Origin: Solobacterium sp.
Lineage (GTDB): Bacteria; Bacillota_I; Bacilli_A; Erysipelotrichales; Erysipelotrichaceae
Direction of reading: 5' to 3'
Assembly: GCA_024696355.1 (NCBI GenBank)
Contig: JAILGV010000032.1
Location: 9,482-33,481 of the forward strand
Length of the DNA: 24,000 nt
Under the pieces are notes generated by a model. The model worked only from the letters and a program-made list of their open reading frames with translations. It was not told where the DNA came from and searched no databases. The number at the start of each line of letters is the position of its first letter. Position 1 is the stretch's first letter. Positions 16,582-23,682 of the stretch are shown here, one piece after another. The translations under genes and the position numbers were made by a program.

Positions 16582-16694
16582 AACCTGTCCTCCCTTACAC
16601 CAAAAATTATGATATAAGGAATTTTCCTGAAATCAATTCTTGAAATATTATTTCTTCTGTGATTTCTGCTTTTTTTTGTGTTTTTTTGAAAACA

Positions 16695-16722
16695 CCGTGA
16701 AAGAAAGCCGTTCCAGGCTTTC
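16695..16722 (-). terminator. Terminator-like hairpin after the 16755 membrane-protein gene
   Basis: On the minus strand, GAAAGCC-TGGAAC-GGCTTTC forms a 7-bp stem followed by TTTCACGGTGTTTTC. It lies 32 nt after the stop codon. Confidence 0.5.
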
Positions 16723-16754
16723 AGATTTCCGACCGGGCGTTCCGGCTTTTGATT

Positions 16755-17333
16755 TTACTTTACGCTGAACCGTTTTCTGATCTCTTCACCGAAACGGTTT
16801 CCGAGAAAAGCGGCACAGAGCACAAGCAGAAATACCGAACATACCGCAAGAACGGCCAGCGGCCAGACCACAGCTCTGCCCCTGCGGGCAATCAGCCCGA
16901 TGACGGAGCCTGTGAAGCACAGCACACAGAATATCAGCATCGGAAACATATTCTGTTTCTGCTTCTCAAAGTCACTGAAAAACAGTACTCCCACCAGAAT
17001 CACGGCAGCCGTGCATACCAGGGCAATGACATTGACCGACCATCCCGGTGCGAGAAACAGATCGATCATCGCAAGAAGGACACACGCTCTCAAAATCAGC
17101 TTCACGGTCTGGCTGAGACGGTTGTATTCCACCATATCCGTAGACAGGATCTGTGACCATACGATCCACATCGACCATATCGCAATTACACTCCAGGCCT
17201 TTCCGCCGACCGAAATATTCACTGCCGCACAGATTGTTGACGCAAACAGGAAGATCCATTTGCAGTATATTCTCAGATTCATCCAGATCCTCTGCTGTCT
17301 GGTTACCTCGGGATAAACAATCTTAACTTTCAT
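16755..17333 (-). CDS. Polytopic small membrane protein, partner of the upstream acyltransferase-like gene
   Basis: About 6 hydrophobic segments are present, for example IFLFASTICAAVNI, VIAIWSMWIVWSQIL and VIALVCTAAVILVGVLFF. The ATG at 17333 has GGGAG 8 nt upstream and overlaps the upstream stop by 11 nt. The track's start at 17351 is a TTG. Confidence 0.7.
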   Translation of the reverse strand: MKVKIVYPEVTRQQRIWMNLRIYCKWIFLFASTICAAVNISVGGKAWSVIAIWSMWIVWSQILSTDMVEYNRLSQTVKLILRACVLLAMIDLFLAPGWSVNVIALVCTAAVILVGVLFFSDFEKQKQNMFPMLIFCVLCFTGSVIGLIARRGRAVVWPLAVLAVCSVFLLVLCAAFLGNRFGEEIRKRFSVK

Positions 17334-18864
17334 AGACCGGACTCCCTTCAACTTCGGGAATTATGCCGTCTGCGGCCAGCAGGCGGTACAATGCCTCTTC
17401 AAATGTCGGATCAGCTGTCTGCTTGGATATACTGAGCGATACGATCCCGTTAAATGTAACCACGGAACACTGCGCACGGTTGAGACCTGTCGTTCCCAGT
17501 ACGAAGTCCATGTGATCAATATGTTCCGCATATCCTTCGGGCATGGAAACTGCACCGATATTGGAAAGCACCGTGCTGAAAATGCCGTCAGTGAAAAATC
17601 CGTAAAGCGATTTGGCTGCCGGAACCTTGAAAACCAGCGGAACAAACCGCAGACTCCATACAAGCCTGCCTGCGGAATTCATCATTTCATCCATGGCTTC
17701 ACGTGTTGATTTTTCACTGAGCTGCTGTGCAGTCCTGTGTACAAATTCGGCAGTATCTTTGATCTGAGGGACAGGGAACCGGATACCGCAGTACAGCGAA
17801 AAATTACGCACGGTACGTGACGGATAGAATTTCCTCATATTTACCGGAATCTGAACGCTGACATCTCCTTCAAGCTCATCTGTTGCCTCTTTGACCGCCA
17901 GAAAAATCTTTGAAAGGATATAAACCGTCACGGTCGCATCAAGCTGTTTTGCGGCCCTTTTCACGTCCTCCGCCTTCATGTTGAAATGCAGCACCCGGCA
18001 GGGTTTGATTCTTGAAAGAGCCCCGCTCATCTGCACGGCAGGCTGATCCGCAAAACCGCCGCTTTTTTCAGCCGCTTCCGGACGCACAAACATATTTGCG
18101 GCTTCCTCTGCTTCGGGAATATCATCCCTCTTCATCAGTCCTTCCTCACAGCTGTTTACCCCGCACAGCCGCAGGTATTCTGCGGTCAGAGCTTTCAGAA
18201 ACGCCATGCCGCCCGAACCGTCGGTAAGAATATGGAAAAACTCCGCACTGATGCGGTTCTGATGCCAGAGAATGCGGAATGTCTGTGAGGCACTGGCTGC
18301 GATATTCAGCGGCTGGCACGGAATGCCTGTCTCCTGCAGAACCGTGTAGCGGATTCTTGCTGTGTCCAGATAATGCCAGAAGAAGCCCTTCTTGACTGTT
18401 GTCGCAAAACTGGGAAATCTTTTGATTGTAAAATTCAGAGCCATCTGCAGCAGCTGCGGGACAACGGGTTCCTTCAGATATACGGAAAGCCTGAACACTG
18501 CCATCCTGCCCCGCTTCATGGACAGCGGATAGATTTTGGCGGCATCATCCAGTGCATACCACTGCACCGCGGGACGGGCATAAAATCCTCCCAGATGTCT
18601 GATATCCAGAAGCTCCAGAGCTTTTTCCAGCGGAATGCCGGCCGATGCATAGTAAAGAACCGCATTTTCAAAATCTCTCCGGAGCTTTTCTGTTTCTCGT
18701 TTCTGCATTTTGCAGTGTGCGGAGAACTCATCGAAAAAATCACGGACGGTATTCTGTTCTTCCTCCGTCAGTTTTTCCGTATATTCATCAAACGGCGTTT
18801 TTTTCCTGATCTGTTCTTTCATTGCTTCGTTCCCGGCATATTCACTGCTTTCATGCAGAGTCAT
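17323..18864 (-). CDS. HxxxD-motif acyltransferase-like protein (alcohol acetyltransferase / condensation-domain superfamily) with an N-terminal helical extension
   Basis: The 513-aa protein contains FFHILTDGSGGMAFL, which is the HxxxDG catalytic motif of the CAT/condensation/WS-DGAT/AATase superfamily. Its size and two-lobed layout are consistent with that fold. The start is uncertain: the SD at 18864 is weak, and an alternative Met is 14 codons downstream. Confidence 0.75.
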   Translation of the reverse strand: MTLHESSEYAGNEAMKEQIRKKTPFDEYTEKLTEEEQNTVRDFFDEFSAHCKMQKRETEKLRRDFENAVLYYASAGIPLEKALELLDIRHLGGFYARPAVQWYALDDAAKIYPLSMKRGRMAVFRLSVYLKEPVVPQLLQMALNFTIKRFPSFATTVKKGFFWHYLDTARIRYTVLQETGIPCQPLNIAASASQTFRILWHQNRISAEFFHILTDGSGGMAFLKALTAEYLRLCGVNSCEEGLMKRDDIPEAEEAANMFVRPEAAEKSGGFADQPAVQMSGALSRIKPCRVLHFNMKAEDVKRAAKQLDATVTVYILSKIFLAVKEATDELEGDVSVQIPVNMRKFYPSRTVRNFSLYCGIRFPVPQIKDTAEFVHRTAQQLSEKSTREAMDEMMNSAGRLVWSLRFVPLVFKVPAAKSLYGFFTDGIFSTVLSNIGAVSMPEGYAEHIDHMDFVLGTTGLNRAQCSVVTFNGIVSLSISKQTADPTFEEALYRLLAADGIIPEVEGSPVYES

Positions 18865-18944
18865 CTGCCTGTACCACTATTTTAGCCGAAAACACAGCGC
18901 TCAGACAGTATGCATTCTGCAGATCACAGCCGCCCGTCACAGAT

Positions 18945-18976
18945 AACAGAAAAGAGAAGGCTCCCGCCTTCTCTTT
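18945..18976 (-). terminator. Rho-independent terminator ending the cdd-yjjI-yjjW unit
   Basis: On the minus strand, AAAGAGAAGGC-GGGA-GCCTTCTCTTT forms a perfect 11-bp stem followed by TCTGTTATC. It lies 12 nt after the activase stop. Confidence 0.7.
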
Positions 18977-18988
18977 CCGGTATTGCCT

Positions 18989-19831
18989 TTAAATAATTAC
19001 GATATTCCGGAAGCCCCTGCTTTCTGCATGTTTTTTCAGATCCAGCATATACTGCTCTGCCGGTTCCTTAAAATTCTGATACTTCCCGCGCACACCGAAG
19101 TGACGGTATTTGATCAGCTTGTACCGGATATCCTTTTTCTCAAGATACGGCTTTAATATCTCACCGACAGTATCAATCGTCTTCTTGCTGTCCAGGCTGT
19201 CCGGTATGCATACAGTTCTGATCTCTTCCAGTTTATTGACGGAAGCCAGATATTCCAGATTATCCAGTACGGGTTTAATGCTGCAGCCGGTAAGCCACCG
19301 GTGTCTTTCTTCACAGTCAGCCTTCACATCCAGCATTACGCCGTCACAGACTTCCAGCAGTTCCGGATGATTTCTGAAGTCATAAGATCCGTTGGAATCC
19401 AGCAGAGTTCCCAGCCCGTGCGCCTTTGCAATCGCAAACAGTTCTCTGACTGTCTCTGCCTGCAGTGTACATTCTCCGCCGGAAACAGTGATTCCCCGGA
19501 TGAAGGGAAGACTGCCCTCGATCTTCCTCCAGATTTCCGGTGCGCTCATGTATTTCACTTTCGGCGAAGCATTATTGGTGCATGTCCTGATGCAGGTATC
19601 GCATCCGCAGCACTTCTCTTCATTCCATACCACTTTTCCTTCCGCAAAGCTCAGGGCGCCGGCAGGACAGGTCTTTACACATGCGCCGCAGCCGGTGCAC
19701 AGATGAATTGTTTCCGGATTATGACAGTAGCGGCAGTCGAAATTGCATGACTGGAAAAAGACTGCCGTCCTGTTGCCCGGTCCGTCAACGACGCTGCTGG
19801 GGATAATCTTGTTTACGGGTGCCTTATTCAT
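18989..19831 (-). CDS. yjjW: Glycyl-radical enzyme activating protein, YjjW type (radical SAM plus two ferredoxin-like 4Fe-4S motifs)
   Basis: KIIPSSVVDGPGNRTAVFFQSCNFDCRYCHNPET carries the CxxxCxxC radical SAM motif, followed by CTGCGACVKTCP and CCGCDTCIRTC. GITVSGGECT is also present. The pattern aligns well with my recollection of E. coli YjjW. The ATG at 19831 overlaps the upstream stop (ATGAATAA). Confidence 0.9.
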   Translation of the reverse strand: MNKAPVNKIIPSSVVDGPGNRTAVFFQSCNFDCRYCHNPETIHLCTGCGACVKTCPAGALSFAEGKVVWNEEKCCGCDTCIRTCTNNASPKVKYMSAPEIWRKIEGSLPFIRGITVSGGECTLQAETVRELFAIAKAHGLGTLLDSNGSYDFRNHPELLEVCDGVMLDVKADCEERHRWLTGCSIKPVLDNLEYLASVNKLEEIRTVCIPDSLDSKKTIDTVGEILKPYLEKKDIRYKLIKYRHFGVRGKYQNFKEPAEQYMLDLKKHAESRGFRNIVII

Positions 19832-21347
19832 CAAAGCTCCTGACTTTCTTTTCGGTCAGATGTCTGGAAGGAGTTTTGTCAGTTACCAGACATACAGAGT
19901 CATTGGCAACAGCTTCCCCTCTCTTCAGCTTCTCAACTTCTGATTTCTTCATTAAGTAGCCGGTAACCCTGATCAGATCTCCGCTTCCCAGATATGTGGA
20001 CATATATTTGACGCCGACTTTGAAGCCGCCCTTGAAAATATCCAGCAGGGCATCCAGATTGCGGAATGCAGTCTCATCAAACGGGAAGATATCGCCGATG
20101 CCGGACGGGCAGAAGTGATGATACAAACCGCAGTTCCTGAGATGTTCATACAGTTCCGGCTCATCGCCGTATGCAATCCTGGTTCCGGCAGAGTTGCCTT
20201 CATCATCTGCGGCGCCTACCTGGGAATGCATGACAAACCGGTGATTGTATGAATACGGACAGTAATGTTCGTTAACGGCTTTCTCAAGCGTTTCCAGAAT
20301 TCTGACACCCAGTGCATCCGCCTCTGCATCATGTCCCATACGGCCTTCCCTGCCGTCTTTTTTCATCAGGTTATTTACGCACTCACATAAACCGACGAAG
20401 CCGAACAGACCGACAAACCTGTCAGACTGCACAAAGCCTTCCTTCACCATCCAGTCCGAATCAAAGAACGCACGGTTTTCCACCACATTCCTGATTTTGG
20501 CATCCATGAACTTCAGCTGCGTATCAATGCACAGAGGCAGTCTGCGGCTGAAGAAATCTTCAGAGTTTTTACTGTTCTCGGAAATGGTTCCGAGTCTCAG
20601 TCTGCACAAAGTATAGGCGCCTCCTCCGATCAGAAGTCCGTTATAGCAGGACGCAATCCCGTAGTTTTCTCCGACTCTTTCCTTATAGAAGCTGTCCAGG
20701 CCGAAAGCCGGATTGGCGCACCTTAAAGCGCAGTCCAGAGCTTTTTTGGCAAATCCGTCCGGTGTTGTTTCCGGATCATAGCGCAGTGTCATATTCGGAG
20801 TAATATTCTGCAGTTCCGGCATTAGCTCCAGCAGAATATTGCCGGTGACCGATTCCTCCGGTCCGATATTAGCCTGTACGAAGCTGTCGGACATCGTACG
20901 GTCAATGCTGATAAGGAACAGCCGCAGAGTCTGCTTTGCTGCTTCATAGTCTTCCCTGACAACAAATTCCTCAAGCAGATCATCCAGTCTGCCCAGAAAG
21001 ACCGGAAAGCGGTCAACGGAATGGGCATTATGATAGAAGATCAGCAGTGCATTAACTGCTTCCGCCAGATTCTTCGGGGCAGAGAGTCTCAGGAACTCCG
21101 AGCCTTCCTTCAGAAACTTCTTGTAGTCAGGAAGAATATAGCGCGGCGATCTCGGGCCGTGTCCTTCTCCCAGATCATTGATTTCACGGCTTTCCATCAG
21201 CTGATAGAATTCTTCGGGTGTTCCTTCCGGATAATCCAGAAGATTTTCTGCATATTTTGCCAAAGCATCAGTTCTCTGCCAGTAGGTGAGTCTGCGGTCA
21301 TTCATGATGGTTTCGATTTCCTGCTGGAGTTTCTTTTTATCACACAT
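19824..21347 (-). CDS. yjjI: YjjI-family glycine radical enzyme (DUF3029), function unknown
   Basis: The 507-aa protein starts at the ATG at 21347, with GAGGAG 6 nt upstream. The C-terminal SGDLIRVTGYLMK matches the glycyl-radical RVxGY motif. The blocks GEGHGPRSPRYILPDYKKFLKEGSEFL, ANIGPEES, PNMTLRYDPETTPD and GIASCYNGLLIGGGAYTL parallel E. coli YjjI as I remember it. It is immediately followed by the cognate YjjW-type activase. Confidence 0.88.
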   Translation of the reverse strand: MCDKKKLQQEIETIMNDRRLTYWQRTDALAKYAENLLDYPEGTPEEFYQLMESREINDLGEGHGPRSPRYILPDYKKFLKEGSEFLRLSAPKNLAEAVNALLIFYHNAHSVDRFPVFLGRLDDLLEEFVVREDYEAAKQTLRLFLISIDRTMSDSFVQANIGPEESVTGNILLELMPELQNITPNMTLRYDPETTPDGFAKKALDCALRCANPAFGLDSFYKERVGENYGIASCYNGLLIGGGAYTLCRLRLGTISENSKNSEDFFSRRLPLCIDTQLKFMDAKIRNVVENRAFFDSDWMVKEGFVQSDRFVGLFGFVGLCECVNNLMKKDGREGRMGHDAEADALGVRILETLEKAVNEHYCPYSYNHRFVMHSQVGAADDEGNSAGTRIAYGDEPELYEHLRNCGLYHHFCPSGIGDIFPFDETAFRNLDALLDIFKGGFKVGVKYMSTYLGSGDLIRVTGYLMKKSEVEKLKRGEAVANDSVCLVTDKTPSRHLTEKKVRSFDE

Positions 21348-21379
21348 AATACTCTCCTCAATTTTCTGCACACAAATAA

Positions 21380-21396
21380 TCTGAACTCTCTTCAGA
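21380..21396. other. Short AU-rich hairpin in the cdd-yjjI spacer, possibly a weak terminator or attenuator
   Basis: TCTGAA-CTCTC-TTCAGA forms a 6-bp stem. TTTTT follows on the plus strand and TTATTTGTGTG on the minus strand. The stem is weak, so function is uncertain. Confidence 0.25.
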
Positions 21397-21463
21397 TTTT
21401 TGGCTGCGTTATCCCCGGGTGCTTCAGTCCTGCAGTTCACATCTGTGATTTAGCGCATTGTTT

Positions 21464-21871
21464 TTAATGATAATCTTTGCTCGGATTGAAGCTCACAAAC
21501 GGAAGCGGACAGATTTCCCTGATCGTATGCTCATATATTTCCGAAGGGCCTCCGACATAAACCGGCACATCAAAATCGGCACAGAACTCTGTCATGACCT
21601 GTCTGCACAACATGCACGGCGCTCCGTCCTCTTTCTGTGAACCGACAACTGCCAGTGCTTTGAATTTCCTGCATCCATCGGCAACCATCGAAAAGATGGC
21701 CGTTCTTTCGGCACAGACCGTTGCGCCATAGGAGGCATTTTCAATATTGCACCCCCTGTAAACCTTCCCGTTTTCTCCGAGGACTGCTGCTCCGACCATG
21801 AACTTCGAATACGGACAATAGGCATTTTCCCTTGCTTCGCGGGCGATCTGAATCAGTTCTTCTTTATTCAT
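21464..21871 (-). CDS. cdd: Cytidine deaminase (small homotetrameric type)
   Basis: CPYSKFMVGAAV, the zinc motifs CAERTAI and PCMLCRQV, and a length of about 135 aa identify the family. The ATG at 21871 has AGGAGA 7 nt upstream. The track's N-terminal extension to 21898 lacks an SD. Confidence 0.93.
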   Translation of the reverse strand: MNKEELIQIAREARENAYCPYSKFMVGAAVLGENGKVYRGCNIENASYGATVCAERTAIFSMVADGCRKFKALAVVGSQKEDGAPCMLCRQVMTEFCADFDVPVYVGGPSEIYEHTIREICPLPFVSFNPSKDYH

Positions 21872-21899
21872 AATTATTTCTCCTGCCTGATAATGCAAT

Positions 21900-22060
21900 T
21901 ATGGGCCGTGTGAACTACCCAAGGCTAAAGCACTTGGGCTTCTTGCTTCATCGATGAGTTCTTATACTCTGCGTCCGAAGACACAGGTACAGCGGAACTA
22001 TTCTCCACAAGACTCTGAGCTCTACGTTCCATAGAGACTTGACGAAGTGCTTCCTCCAAG
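21900..22060 (-). ncRNA. Predicted TnpB omega-RNA (reRNA) region spanning the tnpB 3' end and the right-end hairpin
   Basis: This call is by analogy only. In characterised IS200/IS605 elements, the guide RNA is transcribed from the 3' end of tnpB through the right end. Here the right-end hairpin (21918-21938) overlaps the tnpB stop codon. The extent is a guess. Confidence 0.3.
21918..21938 (-). repeat. IS right-end subterminal hairpin
   Basis: The CCCAAG/CTTGGG stem has a 9-nt loop. It matches the copy at 23639-23659 at 20 of 21 positions. Confidence 0.75.
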
Positions 22061-23187
22061 ATGGATTGGGCACTTTTTATATCTCTTGATTCGTGATGAT
22101 ATCCGCAGTGTATGCAGTTATACTCACGTTCTGAGAGCGGATGCTTCGTCAGACATCCGCATACCGGACATATCTGTGTACTTGGAAAACTGCGTTCTAC
22201 CACATGGACTCTGAAGTTGTTCCTCAACTTCGCTTTGATATAGCCCATTGCGGAATGCTGAACCTGTTTTCCAAATAACCCGGAATGCCAGTTGTGTATC
22301 ATCTCATCCTGGATCGCTATGAAATCATAGACGGTCAGGATATCGTGAACGATCTTGTTTGCCAGATCCGTACGTCTGTTTTTATCCTTCTGATATGCGA
22401 TCTGAAGTCTCTTTATCCGTCTGTAATGATTGCAGGATCTTTTTCCGTTGTTTTTCCGCAGGGATCTGTTTACCCGGACAGACGCCATTTTGGAACGTTT
22501 GCTTTCAGAGACATTGATGTCAAACAAGGTCCCGTCTGACAGTGTCAGATTATGTTCGATCCCGAAATCTATTCCACATTCTTTATCTGTCTTGACCCGA
22601 TCCTCTTTCAGCACAAAACAGGTGATGTGGAAGTACAGTCCATCCGGTTTACGGATGAATCTCGCATTTGTGATCTCTGCGATATCCGGGATCTGCTTCA
22701 ATCCCCGAACATAAAAGTCCTTACGGATGTTCTGGATCTTGATACGGTTCCGGGAAAAGTCGATCCTGTAAGTGACTCCATACTGCCGCAGTGGAATGGA
22801 ATTGCAGTAAGACTTAAAACTCAGGGCACCGACCTTCTCTCCCTTTCCCTTTTTTGTATGGAGACCTCTGATCTCACTTTTCACCATGTCATAGATATCC
22901 TGGCGAACCTGGGATCCAAGGAGTTCAAGAGGACGCTCTTCAAATGTTTCCCCGATCTTTACGACCGCAGTTTTCCCGTTGCGGTCCGCACTTTCCAGAT
23001 CTGCGACGATGGAATTACGGCGCCACTTCGCTTCACGGAAATATTGATTGACTTGTTCCTTCTGAGCCTTAGACATCTTGGAAGATACCACTTTCACCTC
23101 AAAAACACGGCAATCCATCTGAGAATGCCGTGCTTTCGTGGATCTCATGGTGTTTCGGATATTGTTATTTTTTTCTTCTTGACTCAT
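21925..23187 (-). CDS. tnpB: TnpB (IS605 OrfB-type RNA-guided nuclease, RuvC plus zinc finger)
   Basis: RuvC-I (CGIDFGIEH), RuvC-II (IAIQDEMIHNW) and RuvC-III (HHESRDIKSAQSI) are all present, together with the zinc finger CPVCG...CIHCG. The start is uncertain: the ATG at 23187 overlaps the tnpA end, the alternative ATG is at 23148, and neither has a clear SD. Confidence 0.88.
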   Translation of the reverse strand: MSQEEKNNNIRNTMRSTKARHSQMDCRVFEVKVVSSKMSKAQKEQVNQYFREAKWRRNSIVADLESADRNGKTAVVKIGETFEERPLELLGSQVRQDIYDMVKSEIRGLHTKKGKGEKVGALSFKSYCNSIPLRQYGVTYRIDFSRNRIKIQNIRKDFYVRGLKQIPDIAEITNARFIRKPDGLYFHITCFVLKEDRVKTDKECGIDFGIEHNLTLSDGTLFDINVSESKRSKMASVRVNRSLRKNNGKRSCNHYRRIKRLQIAYQKDKNRRTDLANKIVHDILTVYDFIAIQDEMIHNWHSGLFGKQVQHSAMGYIKAKLRNNFRVHVVERSFPSTQICPVCGCLTKHPLSEREYNCIHCGYHHESRDIKSAQSILEEALRQVSMERRAQSLVENSSAVPVSSDAEYKNSSMKQEAQVL

Positions 23188-23587
23188 TTGTTTTCTGGTC
23201 TTCGATATATTTTTTGACAACGTCAAGGGACACACTTCCAACAGTGGCGATAAACTTACTTCTGGTCCACAGAGTAGGCAGTTTACGTTCCAGTTCAGGA
23301 AATTCCCGGTTCAGAATATGTGCAGTTTTACCCTTGATGCGGGATACCAGAATATTGATCCCGATCGTAGGGTCGACATCCAGCAGGAGGTGGACATGAT
23401 CCGGCATGACTTCCATTTCAAGTACATAAAAGTTCTGTTCCTCCTGCATTGACAGAACGATCTCCTTGAATCTCTGTGCGATCGGTTCGCGAAGCACCTT
23501 TCGCCTGTATTTCGGGCAGAAGATGACGTGGTATCTGCAGCAGTAGACAGTGGTTTCTGTGGATCGGTATTCGCTTTTCATATCCAT
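23165..23587 (-). CDS. tnpA: IS200/IS605-family Y1 (HUH) transposase TnpA
   Basis: The 140-aa protein has YHVIFCPKYRRKVL, the HUH motif PDHVHLLLD, LPTLWTRSKFIATVG, and the catalytic-Tyr helix VVKKYIEDQ. It is closely parallel to IS608 TnpA as I recall it. A TATAAT hexamer (gatATAATatctATG context) lies just upstream. Confidence 0.92.
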   Translation of the reverse strand: MDMKSEYRSTETTVYCCRYHVIFCPKYRRKVLREPIAQRFKEIVLSMQEEQNFYVLEMEVMPDHVHLLLDVDPTIGINILVSRIKGKTAHILNREFPELERKLPTLWTRSKFIATVGSVSLDVVKKYIEDQKTNESRRKK

Positions 23588-23638
23588 AGATATTATATCA
23601 TATATCTATGCCGTTATCTATCTGTAACGCGCTTTCAT

Positions 23639-23659
23639 CCCAAGGCTAAAGCTCTTGGG
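23639..23659 (-). repeat. IS left-end subterminal hairpin
   Basis: The CCCAAG/CTTGGG stem is a copy of the hairpin at 21918-21938. It lies between the tnpA promoter region and the stop codon of the flanking gene. Confidence 0.75.
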
Positions 23660-23682
23660 GTTTCCCGCGCTGATTTTCTAAA

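Larger units (their letters stand above)
21900..23680 (-). mobile_element. IS200/IS605-family insertion sequence (IS605-type, tnpA plus tnpB). Boundaries are approximate.
   Basis: A Y1 HUH transposase gene and a tnpB gene lie in tandem. They are bracketed by near-identical subterminal hairpins in the same orientation: CCCAAGGCTAAAGCaCTTGGG at 21918-21938 and CCCAAGGCTAAAGCtCTTGGG at 23639-23659. There are no terminal inverted repeats, as expected for this family. The exact cleavage sites cannot be fixed from one copy. Confidence 0.85.

Noticed and set aside
5613-19831. An identical ATGAATAA start/stop overlap occurs at two junctions: rnmV/rsmA at 5613-5620 and yjjI/yjjW at 19824-19831.
   Set aside because: This is a common translational-coupling arrangement. 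Both downstream proteins simply begin Met-Asn-Lys. There is no extended similarity around the junctions, so it is coincidence rather than a repeat.
2865-23241. N-terminal extensions in the ORF track, at 2897, 3885, 4830, 5623, 6152, 15344, 17351, 19834, 21440, 21898 and 23241.
   Set aside because: Many of these begin at GTG or TTG, lack an SD, or overlap the upstream gene. In most cases an internal ATG with a GGAGG-type SD gives an N-terminus that matches the family, so I used the shorter coordinates. For tnpB no SD is present, and the start remains uncertain.
23165-23587. TnpA might be inactive, because the conserved LW(S/T)xSYF segment reads LWTRSKF, with no Tyr.
   Set aside because: In IS608-type TnpA the equivalent segment is LWTNSCF. 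The catalytic tyrosine lies in the following helix (KQYIENQ). Here that helix is KKYIEDQ with the Tyr present, so the enzyme looks intact.
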